64,000 nucleotides of DNA from Mantamonas sphyraenae STR306 (taxonomy: Eukaryota; Protista; CRuMs). Of this stretch, positions 28,941-40,695 are shown one piece after another. Where the stretch lies: positions 186,001-250,000 of the forward strand of contig JAPMXV010000070.1 in the NCBI GenBank assembly GCA_026936335.1, given 5' to 3'. The position numbers were made by a program, and so were the translations under genes. How positions within the stretch are numbered: position 1 is the stretch's first letter; every line of letters starts with the position of its first letter. The notes under the pieces were generated by a model. That model saw only the letters and a program-made list of their open reading frames with translations. It had not been told where the DNA came from and did no database searches.

Positions 28941-30605
28941 CTAGTTTGTGGCAGCAGTGGCCTTGCGAGCTCCTGCGCCGTTGTTGTTGTTGTTGTTGTT
29001 GTTGTTGTTGCCGCTGCGGTTGTTGTTGCGCTTGCGTTTGGGTTTGCTGGTGCTGTTTACAGTGCTGGTGTTCGTGTTGCCCTCCGCATCGGCTTCGTTG
29101 GAGGTGGTAGCGTTGGTGGTTGAGTTATTGTTGTTGGTGTTGTTGGTGTTGGCGGTGGCGGTGGTGGTGGTGGTGGTGGTGGGACTGCTGCTGCTGGTGC
29201 TTCCGTTTCCACTGCCGTGGTGACTCTTCTTGCCCTTCTTGGACACCAGACCGTTGATCTGCTGCACCACATCATTGGCATCTGCGTACGTGACCCCACT
29301 CACAACCTCTGCCTCTGCCGACGCCTCGGCCAGCTGCGTCGCCGTCTGCTCCGTCAGGTTTGCCGCCAGCACGTTCAGCAGGCCCAGCTGTCCCATCGAC
29401 GCCATGCCATCCTTGCTCAGTGCGTTGCGCACACGTCCATCTGTCCACACATGCTGTCAGTATTCGCCCTGCGTACCCGCGTGTGTGTGTGCCGGAGGGA
29501 GGGGGGGGAGGGGGGGCGCGTTTCGATGATGGATCGGGATTGGAAAATCGAAAAGGGGCCGCATTTCACACCCGCCGGCCCACTGTTCGCAAACATACCG
29601 TGGCTCAGACGTGCGACCATGGTGGCCATGGCCAGAGCTTGCTGCGAGGCAGCCAGTGCATCACCCATCTCGGTCTGCACCTTCTTCAACGCTGCCTCGG
29701 TCTCCTGGGCAACTGTGGCCGCCGTGGCTTCCGCCACCGCCTTGGCTTCTTCTTGCGCCTTGTTGGCCAGTTCCGCCTCCACCTCTGCCCTAATCTGCGC
29801 CTTGAGTTCCTCCAGGGCACTTGCATCCATCTGCGTGCTCTTTGCTTCGCTCTCCTTCGCCTTGGCCTCTGTGGCCACCTTGTACTCCTGCACCCCGATT
29901 CCGATTCGCGCGCGTGTCAGTTTCCGTCCTGGGTTCTTTCCGGCCCGTTTGCCTGCCTGCCTGCCACACACCCGTCGGCCCATCTGCCCCAGCCCCTGCC
30001 ATTGTCTCTTGTCCATGTGGCGGCCATCCTCGTGTGCTTGGGTGTGTGTGCAAACCCGCCACGGCGCGGTTCCGGTCGCCAAGCCCTCCCAGCAGCGGCG
30101 CGCGGCCCTCTCCCACACTCACCTCCATAGCCGTCACCATCTGCACACGGATCTCCTCCACCTGCAACAGCAGCTCCTCCACCACCTCCTTCTTGGACAG
30201 CGCCTCCTCCTGCGTTGGGTGTGTGTGCCATGGGCGTGGTGGGTCAGTCAAAACGAGAACGCCAGTGTTCATGCAGCAGCAACCACCACCAAAACCGTGG
30301 TCGGCTTCCCCCCCCCCTCCCTTGTGCCTCTGTACGACACCGCCCGTGTTGGGGGGATATGCGTGAAAGGGGCACGTGTGGATATTGGGGGGTGGGGGGT
30401 GGTGGTGGGGGGAGTTATGTGCGTGTGTGTGTGTGTGTGTGGGGCGTACCTGATCGGCGTTGAGATCTTTGCCCTTGGCCTTCTGCTCCTCATACCCCTT
30501 GATCTTGTTCAGGCGCTTGTTCAGGTTGCGTGCACGCTTGGCGGCAATCTGAATGAACCCATACTCGTCATCGGGGTTTCCCATGTTGCTGCTGCTGCTG
30601 GACAT
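28941..30605 (-). CDS. Caprin-like N-terminal helical protein, 4 exons (30450-30605, 30123-30209, 29599-29887, 28941-29440)
   Basis: KRARNLNKRLNKIKGYEEQKAKGKDLNADQ|EEALSKKEVV matches the caprin-type KKxRNL...G..LNxDQ pattern. Introns are phase-compatible GT-AG, and the tail is N/T-rich. Confidence 0.6.
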
Positions 30606-30841
30606 TCTGAGTTCGGTGTGGATTGCTGCTTGAGGGTGGATGCACAGGGCAAAGGCAAAACTTTTCGGTGGCGCAGCGGGTGTGCTCAATCCTCCAAAGT
30701 GCCATTCCACATCCAATGGGTACGTTTGCGTGGTGGGTTCGAATCCTGGGGTCGGCTGTGGTGGCCCCTGAAGCGGTCATGGGTGCGCAAGGTGAGTCAT
30801 CAGAAAAAGCTCGTTCGTCTTTCGCTCGTTTGAAGAAAACC

Positions 30842-33043
30842 ATGGCCGATGATGACTTGCTGCTGGACATGAGCGATCTATCAAGTGTGTCCCAATGGGC
30901 AGAAGCGATGCTGGAGGACATGGAGGATGATGAGGAGGAGGACATTGACTACTTTGCAGAGCTGCGGGAGGAAGAAGAAGAAGAAGAAGAGGACGAGGAG
31001 GACGAGGAGGAGCAGCACAACGACAAACACAACCATGGCCCGGGCGGCGGCAACACACACGGCCGTAGGAATACAAGCGACAGCGACGAAGCACAGACAC
31101 AATCCACGTCGGATGCATCGCCCATCGAAGGATTACCATCGCCCGGTACGGCGCAGGCGGCCAGTTTGCAAACGCTGCTGGACGAACTGACCATTCAAGC
31201 ACCGGGCCCAACCAACGTGACGGCGGAAATCGAAGCGTTTGAAGCAGACCCATCGGCACACAGCGAATCGTCGGAAAGCGAGCAGGAGGATGGCAGGAGC
31301 ATAGACATGGGTGGTGTGGGAGTTCATGGTAGTAGCAGCAGCAGCAGCAGCAGCAGTGGGAGCAGTCGTCGTCGTCGTCGTCATGAGCAGGAACACAATT
31401 CCACGGAATTGCAGGCGTTGGCTGAGGAGTGGATGGATCGTGGCGATGCACTGGTGGAGGCGTTGCGAGAGTACCGAAGAGGGGAAGAGTGCAAAGAGGT
31501 GGTTGGGTTTGCTCGATACTTCCGTGCGGTGCAGTCGGAAGTGAGGTTCCTCAACCGGCTGCTCAACCAGGAGGACCACACCACCGAGATGACACTGGAG
31601 CGTGTGCAGAACCGTAATTTGGTGTTGTATGAAGCCGTCTTTGATGCCCTTCGTCAGGAGGAGCGTGTGGTGGGTGTGAACAGGCAGTTTGCTTTGCCTC
31701 CCGAGTACGTCGCACGTCGCAAGGCGCAAACTGCCAAACGCAAACTGGCCAACGAACGCCGTCGACTGGGCATCCAAGGCCAGGACGACGACGACGACAA
31801 AGATGACGACGGTGCGCATGATGACATTGATGATGACAATGATGACGATGAGGCAGACGTGCGTGCGCAGCTGGAGGCGGAACAGGAACAGGAACAGGAA
31901 CGGGAACAGGAACGGGAACGGAAGAAGCGGGAACGGAGGGAACGGTTTGGGGGCAAGGAGAGGACAAAGCAGCATGCAGCGGTGCACACACAGAAGAAGA
32001 GCAACCAGGACATTGTGGATGTGAACGTGGTGGCCAACAACGGCCTAAAGTGGATTCGCATCAAGGCCAACACAGCACAGAGTATCCACGATCAATGGTT
32101 TGGAGGGCGTCGCAACGTGCTTGAGGAACAGGTCGATCAGTTGCTCACCGCCGCTCGCATGCACCATCTCAACTTTCGCGTGCCTGTGGTTGTCCTCCAC
32201 TTCACACGTGGGGTCTCTGTCGAGGTGGCCGACGAACTCTTATCCATGGGGGTGGTGGTGTCGGGTCACATTGTGGACGTGACAGGTGACGCCTCCTTGG
32301 AAACGGTGTCCACCCTGCAGATCCCCGGCGCCTCCGACTCCCATTCCATGTACATGCTCCATGAGGGGATGGTGGCCAAACACAGCGCTTCGGGTCCATT
32401 GGGCGACAGACGTCTGCGCATTTTGGATTCCAATCTCGAGCCTCGCTGGGAGTTTGACGCGCTCACGGATCCGGCCATGACGGACATTGCCGCCGCCAAG
32501 GAACTCAATCTGGACATCACCAGCATGCTCAGCTTTGTGTCCAACCTCACAAACACCCAAGAGTCGTGCCAGTACACGTACAAACAGCCGGCCATCGCCA
32601 TCCAGGCGGTGATGGAGCGTAGCGAACGCGTGTTGCCCTTTCTCGAAGACTTTGTGCGAGACAAGACACTGTATGTGTGCGACACCGCGGCGGAGCAGTT
32701 CAAGACCATTCTGGAAGAGGTGGGTGGTCCGCAGGAGCGTGAACGTGGCATGGAGTTTCTCAAGCGTTGTGTGATTGTGCCGGACAAACCCAGCAAGCGT
32801 GTGATGGACCTGCCAGAGTCCAACGCAGTGAAAATGCGACAAAAGATCATCTTTGGCACGGGTGACGCCATGCAGGCGGTCACAGTCACTGCCAACCAGA
32901 AGTTTCTGCACGTGGCCAGTGACAAGGGTGTCGAGTTGGCGGCGTGGACACATTCGCCACGTGCCCTCACCGAAGAGAAGCAGCAGAAGCTGATGGATGA
33001 GGAGGAAGATGAACCAGAAGACGAGGACGAAGCAAGCAGGTGA
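30842..33043 (+). CDS. DUF1308 / C7orf25 (UPF0415)-like protein
   Basis: VDVNVVANNGLKWIRIKA, LNLDITSMLSFVSNLT, GGPQERERG, IIFGTGD..AVTVTAN, HSPRALTE. Confidence 0.8.
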   Translation: MADDDLLLDMSDLSSVSQWAEAMLEDMEDDEEEDIDYFAELREEEEEEEEDEEDEEEQHNDKHNHGPGGGNTHGRRNTSDSDEAQTQSTSDASPIEGLPSPGTAQAASLQTLLDELTIQAPGPTNVTAEIEAFEADPSAHSESSESEQEDGRSIDMGGVGVHGSSSSSSSSSGSSRRRRRHEQEHNSTELQALAEEWMDRGDALVEALREYRRGEECKEVVGFARYFRAVQSEVRFLNRLLNQEDHTTEMTLERVQNRNLVLYEAVFDALRQEERVVGVNRQFALPPEYVARRKAQTAKRKLANERRRLGIQGQDDDDDKDDDGAHDDIDDDNDDDEADVRAQLEAEQEQEQEREQERERKKRERRERFGGKERTKQHAAVHTQKKSNQDIVDVNVVANNGLKWIRIKANTAQSIHDQWFGGRRNVLEEQVDQLLTAARMHHLNFRVPVVVLHFTRGVSVEVADELLSMGVVVSGHIVDVTGDASLETVSTLQIPGASDSHSMYMLHEGMVAKHSASGPLGDRRLRILDSNLEPRWEFDALTDPAMTDIAAAKELNLDITSMLSFVSNLTNTQESCQYTYKQPAIAIQAVMERSERVLPFLEDFVRDKTLYVCDTAAEQFKTILEEVGGPQERERGMEFLKRCVIVPDKPSKRVMDLPESNAVKMRQKIIFGTGDAMQAVTVTANQKFLHVASDKGVELAAWTHSPRALTEEKQQKLMDEEEDEPEDEDEASR

Positions 33044-33049
33044 CATGGG

Positions 33050-36000
33050 GTCTCACACACGAAATGCATTCTCAGTTCATCGACGGACAAACAGCCCTTT
33101 GCTTCGCCAGCAGGCAAATCCACCGCGATCCGAACCAAGTCCCACGCAATCTGCAATGTCGTCTTCGACCTCATCGAGGAGCACAAGGATGGCGTCACAC
33201 TCGGTGCGACGCAATTTGGACCACAGCTGCAGGCAAACTTGAGGTACGCTCGTTTGAGATCGGAATCGGCCTGGGGACGCCAGCGAGCAGCCCTGGGTCT
33301 GGACTTGGCTTCCACAAGCCGAGCCATGGATGCCGTGTGTGCACCCGCCAGGTGATGGACAGCCTGTGCGCCAGAAACCAGGGCAGCCTTGCGCACTGCA
33401 TCCCTGTGTTCGTCAGGCACGGCCACAGTGATGCCTACCATGTGACGCATGTCAACCACGAGACTCAGCAACAGGTAGCGCAGGGTGGCCATCCAGGTTT
33501 GTAGGGACAGCGACGATTCGTGCTGATCCAGGATGTCCTTTGCCTTTCCTGTGGCCACCAGAGAGACAGTCATCTGGGACATGAGCATGCAGATGCACAC
33601 TCGCACCTGCCACACGCCTGTGCTGTGATCCATGCATGTCACCAGGGCCGGGGCCAACACGGCAAGGTCCGCGAGCTGCGAACGCACACACGCAAGGCCC
33701 TCCTCGCCTCGCTGGTGTTCGTTTCGCTCCATGGCAAACAATTTGCCAATGAACTTGAGGGTGTTGAACACTGTGCCTTTCTGGTGGTCCTTGCGCAGGG
33801 GAAGTCGCAGGTACGACGCAAACACGGTGGCCAGCAAGTAGCGTCGCAGCCGCGGGAACCCTCCTCCCCCCTCGTGCTGCCCGTTCATATGATCGCGTCC
33901 ACCCAACGCCTGGAACAACATGTCAGTCACGTACGACTCCTCGCGTGCAACGGGGTCGTTGGAGCCCGAGGAGCCCGAGAGGCGTTCAAAAAAGAGGAGG
34001 AACGGGGCGAGCAGAGTGGATTGCAGGCTTGCGTCGCGGTCGTACTCGAGCCAGGAAGCCACGTGCAGCACTTGACTCAAATGACGAAGACGCCTGTCAC
34101 TGGCCATGGTGTTGCCCATGCCAGAGTGGTGGGAGTCGAGGAGGAAGGCAAGGGTGCGTCGCACGGTGTCCCGCGAAGCCGCATGCCCGTACAGAGTGAG
34201 TACCAGGGGACGTGCACCCAGCAGCGTGTGACACATGTGCAGCACATACTCGTAGTAGGTGCGCTCCAGGTCGGGTCGTCCTGCCAGTTCCCGCGCACAA
34301 TGGTACATTTGAATGTGCAGGTTGGCCAGACAAGTGAGCACCTGGGCGGAGGGAGATTCGCCACCGGCTGTTGTTGTTGGTGATGATGATGATGATGATG
34401 ATGATGATGCTGATTTCCCGTGCTCCTGACGTGTCTGTGTGCTGTGCTGGAGCAAATGGTTGGACAGACTGAGCAACACGCGCTGGAGCAGCACGGTGCG
34501 GTTGGACACAAAGGCATGCGGGTCTTCTTCGATGTCTGCCACGTCGATGGTACGAAAGGCGGTCAGGAGTGGATGGTCGTGTGCCTGTTCGCACAGGGAC
34601 AGGGTCAAGGCGGCCTGTTCGCTGATGTGGTAATCCAACATGGTCAGCAGCCACGTGTTGAGCACCACGGCAGGTTGCCACGCACACAGATCAGGTGCCA
34701 ACGCACACACAAGACGCAACACAACCTGTCGTTGTTCGTGCGATCGTCCACTCAGCATCATGTCGGACGCTGGACCCAACCGGTGCATCACAGTGGACCA
34801 GTGCAACTTGCCTGCCTCCACAAGCGCCTTGCATGTCGATGCAAGCACACTCACGAGCGCAGTGACCACAGTGCCACTCAGTGGACGTCCTCCCTCTGCG
34901 TCTCGCTTGTGACGCTCTGCAAACCGCCGTTCCAGCGAGGCCAGCACAGGTGTGTGGATGTGCGTGTGCACGTGTGTCACCCAATCGGCATGCTGTGCAC
35001 GCGCACGCCCATACTCCTGTGCGTACGCCGTCAATTGTTCCTCCAGCGCATCCATGGCCATCATCAACTCTTCTTCCTCCTGCGAATCCGTGGCCCGTGA
35101 TCCGTTGCTGCTGTTGCTGCTACTGCTGCTACTGCTGCTGTTGCCGTTGATCGTCTCCAGGGTGGGCTCCACGGGCCAGCGGCGTTCGGTGAGAGCGGTT
35201 TGGATGAGACCGATGGCTTGGTGTCGCACGTGTGCAGGCACACGCACCTCGGTGGCACATGCCACACGCACAATGGTGGTGTTGACCAGATGGTATTCGT
35301 GGCACATGTACGCCCCAGCACGCAAGTCGAGGACGTGCTGCATGCAGGAGAGGGCGTGTTGGATGAGATCCAGGCGTCGGGTTTGCGAAGTGCGCATGTC
35401 ACTGGCTGCCGCAGAGTCGATGAGTCCCTGCATGGCCTTGTCGTCTTCGCCCAGACGGTCAAACAGGGTGGGTATGCGCAAGGTGGTGCCCATCAGTTGT
35501 TCCACACGCATGTACTCGGACACAAGGGTGCTCACACACTCGTCGACGGCTTCAATCACGGCGAGCATGCTCAAGTCGTTCTCCTGTGCCAAGCGTGCCA
35601 GAATGAACATTGCCTCCAGATAGATTTCACGCTGCATCCAACTGCGACACTCGGCAAAGTCCAACAGGCCACGCATGCGTGCAAGCAACCCGGGCATCTG
35701 ATCGCTGGGCAGAATGGTAACCAGTGACAGGATGATGGCCAAGAGGTTGCGTAGCGTGCGTGCGTCTTCGCCCGCCTGCGACGAACTCACCGTCATCAGC
35801 AGACGTGACACAAGCTTGCCTGTGAATGCAGGTCGCTGTCCGGGTTTGCTCACCTGCACAAAGAGCACCTTGAGAAAGAGGTCAAAGGCGGTGTCGCTCG
35901 TGGCTGGTTCCACGCTCGGCGGCCCTGCGTGCCGTGTGTACTCCACCAGGAATCGAGGAAAGGCGTCGGGGCAGTCGGCGGCACTTAGGGTCGTGTCGTG

Positions 36001-39000
36001 CACAAAGTAGTCCCGCAGCATGTTCATGACCCCAGAGTCGGCCGACCACACCGTCGACAATCGCAGGCACCGGCGCAACAAACACCGCACCGCAAACTGC
36101 TGCTGTTGCTCCGTGCCCCCGTATAGTGTGGACACGAGAGAGGAGGAGCGCCTGGATGATGATGATGATGATGAGGAGGAGGAGGAGGATGATGAGGAGG
36201 AGGAGGAGAAGCTTGTCATCGCGTCTGACCCAGACACTGCCATTTCGAGCATGTGGCCCGTGTTGAGTGGGGATCGTTGCAACAATTGATGGACAAGGGT
36301 CCATGCAGAAGGCACATCTGACGAAGCCACTGAGGAGCTATTGACGGCAAGGAAGCGTTGGTTGGTGGCGTGTACGGGCGAGAGGAACGACACCTGGACG
36401 GCATGCATCATAAAGGCCCACACAAACTCGGTGTGATGTTCGCCATGTGCAAGCATGCATGTGCATGTGCGCGTGTCAAGGAGTTGAGGAGGCGATGTGA
36501 GCACGTTGCACCAGGGTTCGCCTCCGCGTGTGGTGCTGCTGGGACGGTGCGTGAGCGTCGTCAGCGGGTCGATCCACGCAGACCAAGACACACCCAGGCT
36601 GGCGTAGCATCGTGACAGCCACCACATAAACACCAGCATGGGTCTGTCGTGAGCGCCTCCTTCACGCGGCCACACAAACAGCTCCGGATAGCTGCCATGG
36701 ACGTCGATGACATCACGTGCAAACATGGGCAACAGATTCGATAAAGAAAGTGCACGGTGCAGCTGCTCCTCGTTCATGTCCAGGGTGACGTCGCTGCGTC
36801 GGCCGAGACCTGATTCGTGCTCATCCATCAGCCGGATGGCCGCCAGCATGTGCCAGCAGAACTGCAGGTGCAGTCGGTACAGGTGGATGAGCAGCACTTG
36901 GTGTCGTGCAACGTGTGTCTTCCACCGTGGCTCCCATCCTGAGGCCCAGGACGAGGCAAACGCCATCTGCTTGCTCGATTCGACCTTGATGCGTGCCACC
37001 ACAGGCAGCATGGGCCCCAGCTGCACGAGGACGCGTCGGAACATGGATAGGAGGGCCAGTTGCAAACGAGGCATGTCGGATGGGTGGTTGCGCTGCCACG
37101 TGCGGATCCACAGCAGTACGTACTGCATCACAATGCCATGGTCGCGGTGAAGAAGGCCGATGTTGTTGCGTTGAGTGCCCGGCACGTGTGCGGCCAGCAC
37201 AAAGTCATCGGATTCGGTTTCGCCCGCCTGTGTGCTCAGCTGGAACGACACTTTCACACCGTGATCCGATGCACGGTACTCCTGACGCACACGTTGTCGT
37301 TCGCTCTCGGCCATCGCCGCGTGCATGGTCACCACTACGTGTGCAATGGCATCCACCTGCTCCTCAATGCTATCCACACTTGTGTCAGGCACGCCATCGT
37401 CTCCAGGCCACTCCACACTCGTCAGCAGCGACGCCAAATCCACCTCCTCCAACCTCTCCACAGCAAGATAGCCCTCCAGCGTGCGCAACTGTACATCGTC
37501 ACGCGGCGGCAGCTTCACATCCAGTGCTGTGTATGCGGGCGTGCGTGTCGCTCGTCCCGACGACTTGTGTGCCTTGCCATGTTTCGTGACACGCGCGCGA
37601 GCACGTCGTGCACGGTGTTCCTCCTCCGTCTCCTCTTGCGTCGATTCCATATCCATCGCATCGTTCTGTCCCGCGTCGTCCAGGTTGCCTCCAATCCGTG
37701 CGTGTTCATGCCCCTCATGTGGCATCTGGAACGTGACCTCCTCCTCGTCGTCGTTGTCGTCGCCTGCCTCTTCAATGTCATCATCCTTGTGGCCGTTGTG
37801 GTGTCGAACCTTGTCTCCAGTATGGTGATGCCCTTTCTTCCTGTGCTTCTTCTTTCTGTGTCGTTCGTGTTCCTCTCCTTGCTGCAGCACCTGCACCACC
37901 GACAGTGGTTTCTTGTGCCGCCTCTTTCCATGCACGCGGGAATCCTTTGTGCGCCGTGAGGTCGCGTACAGCCCCGAAGATGTTTGAAGACGACGCCTAC
38001 GCGGTACGCTTGTCTTGCGCTTGCGTGGCGAGCGCGTCGTGGTGGGGAGCTGAGCCACCGCCTGCTGCTGCTCCTCCACCTCCATGGCTGTCTCTGACTG
38101 CGCCCTTGCTTCTTGTGACAACACCGCCTGTGGTTTCTGCTGTGGCGTTTCCATGACACTCGGCGTGCCAATGGTCACCAAGGCTTGCGGGTTGCCTTGT
38201 GATGCTCCCAACGCATTCAGAATGTTGGCCAATCGGTCCATCTTGCGTTTTGTGACCGCCTTTGCAGCAGCAGGCTGCGATACTGTCGCTGTGGCCGGTA
38301 CAGTTGCCGACGACTCTGCATGCACCTGCACGTCCATCCTGTGCTTGCTGTGCGTGCGGTCCTGCCGTTCCTGGTCCTGCTCGTCGTCGTCCTCCTCCTC
38401 AGGAGAAGCGCCTGCAAAGCTGACTCGCTTGCGTGACTTGCGTTCCTTCTCCAGTCGTGCACTCCTTCGCTTCTTGGGACCCACTCTGCGTGTGTGTTGA
38501 GGCGACGATCGTGATCTCTGCCCGCCCGAGCTCCACTGCACGCGTCTGTGCGTCACCTCTGCCTCACCTGACGTGACGCCTCCCATGCAGCCTGCGCACG
38601 CTCTTCTTCCTGTCGCTCTTCTTCCTCCTCCTCCTGCGAGTTGACAAACACGACACCCGACGACGACGACTTTGAGTGCTCCCGCTCTCTTCCTTCTCCG
38701 CGCCCTCCACGTCCATACGCTGTGTCGATGATGACGTTGAAGAGGAGGAGGATGAGGATGACGTGGAGACCGTTGGTGTGATCCTGGCCTCGTCGTCATC
38801 GTCGTCGTCCTCCACCTGTGCACGCGCATCCGCGGGTGTTTCGTTTCTGCGTGCCAGTTCCTCTTCGACATCCATCGCCAGGGACACTTCTTCAAACCGA
38901 GCCACCTTGGCACCCTTGTGCCGCGTGTGTCGCCTGTGATGCGTTCTGACGTGGGGTTCCACCTTGTTCTCCACTGCCCCGCCGGTCAGCTCTTGATAGT

Positions 39001-40632
39001 CGCCGTACTGCATCAGCCACTGCGTCACCTCTTGTTCCACCTCCATCACACGCTTGTCCTGCCACAGAGAGGTCAGCTCGACCAGATCGATCTGCACCGC
39101 ACCTGCGTTCTCCGGTGGTGCTTTGTCCAGGTGGATCTGCCTAAACTCGCCCTTGTCGTTGTATCCGTACGTGGGGTCATGCAGCACGCCGTCTTTGACC
39201 AGCGACCGGTAGTATGCAGAGCACTGGTAGCCCACACGGCCGAGGATGGCCAAGGAGAAGATGCCCCAACCAGAACCGATATGCCAGCCCCTGTCCTGAT
39301 ACTCTGCATACCGAGCCATAAACTGCTCGTGCTCCTCCTCTGTAAATTGGCCGTTGTTCTGCGGCACCCCGGGTGTGGTGAAGCGATAATAGTATGCGTT
39401 GGGGCGTGTGCGACGCTGTTGCCACGCTCGTTTCCGTGTCGCCGACCAGTTCCGCACCTTTTCCTCAGAGAACAGATACACCTGTCCTCGTGTGCGCTTG
39501 TAGGTCCTCGGATGCTGTACAAATTCCCTGTCCACGACCGCTGTTTTGCTTGTCCTGGCCGTCTCTCGCTGCTGCTGCTGCTTCTCAGTCTGCTCGTCCC
39601 GTCTCTCGTCCTCTTCGTCATCGTCCACAAGTCTAACCCGATTCGATCGACGCCCTACACTGCCGTTTGCATCCGCCACGACCACGGATGATTGTGAACT
39701 CGATTCGTTGTCCATGTGTCGATCTCGTCTGCGCTTCAGCTCCGCGCGCACCTGGCCTCGTGCTGCCTCCAGGCCCGCCAGCCAGGCACTTTTCTCCTCC
39801 CCACTCCACTCGTCGTCCTGAAGGAATGTGAATCGGTTGGCAGTGCGGCGCGCCAGGGTCCGCTGCAGTACGTTGGCTCGCACCAGACGTTCACTTCTGC
39901 GCACCGAGCGTCGAAACACGCGCAGAAAGTCAGGTGCCTCATCCGACTCGTTGCTTGTCTCACACACCTCACGCGCACCTGACTCTGTGTGGCTTGGCCG
40001 TTTTCTCCTGTGTTCTGATACGCCTGGCGGCGACGTCGCATTTTCGCGCCAAGTTGGCGCCATTTCTTCCCGGGATGGCTCTCCAGTGTCGCTGCCGGTA
40101 TCCTGTCCCTCCTGTGCGTGTGCATCGTCGAGCAATTGTGCCGGGGATTGCTGTGATGGCGAGTCTCTCACCTCCATGTCTGCCTCGGCTTCCATAGCTT
40201 CGGACAACGAACGCTTGCGCGACATCCGCTCACCCACGCTCTCGCTCTTGTTCGCTGGTTGGCCTATCTCCTGTGTGCCTTCGTTTGGCGATTCCTCGTC
40301 ATCTGCTACGCTCTCCGCCATGACCGATGCATGGCTATTCGTTGTGCTTGCGCTTGTCGACGGTGTCTGTTCCTGCGTGCTCGCGCTCAACGGCGTGGTG
40401 ATCGAGCTCATCAAGCTCACAGGCCTTCGTCGTCGCTGTCCTCGTACGACGACTGCGAGTCGTTTACAATTTCTTCATCGGCATACAGTTCATCGTCGCC
40501 GTCGTCTTGTGCCTTTACCATGTCGTCTCTGATCTCTGTGTGGTCATCCTGCACGGGCGACTGTTCCCGTGCCGATTTCAACCGCAGATGCCCGTCGCGT
40601 TTGTTCCACACTGTGTTCCACACCTGCTCCAT
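33050..40632 (-). CDS. Large protein with Myb/SANT-like domain and MMS22/Mus7-like helical C-terminal region; apparent frameshifts near 40425 and 38590; true stop unclear
   Basis: Three overlapping ORFs (40417-40632, 38564-40420, 32266-38913). PNAYYYRF...FTEEEHEQF...WGIFSLAILGRVGYQCSAYYR is Myb-like. RCLRLSTVW, DTAFDLFLKVL and LRNLLAIIL are reminiscent of MMS22L/Mus7. Confidence 0.5.
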
Positions 40633-40695
40633 GGCACGCCTATTTACAAATTAAGAAACAGTGCAGGAGGTGGAAGAAATTTTGTTCTGGACGCA

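Noticed and set aside
40417-40419. TGA after the 71-aa ORF as selenocysteine or readthrough
   Set aside because: The downstream coding sequence continues in a different frame, so an indel explains it better than recoding.
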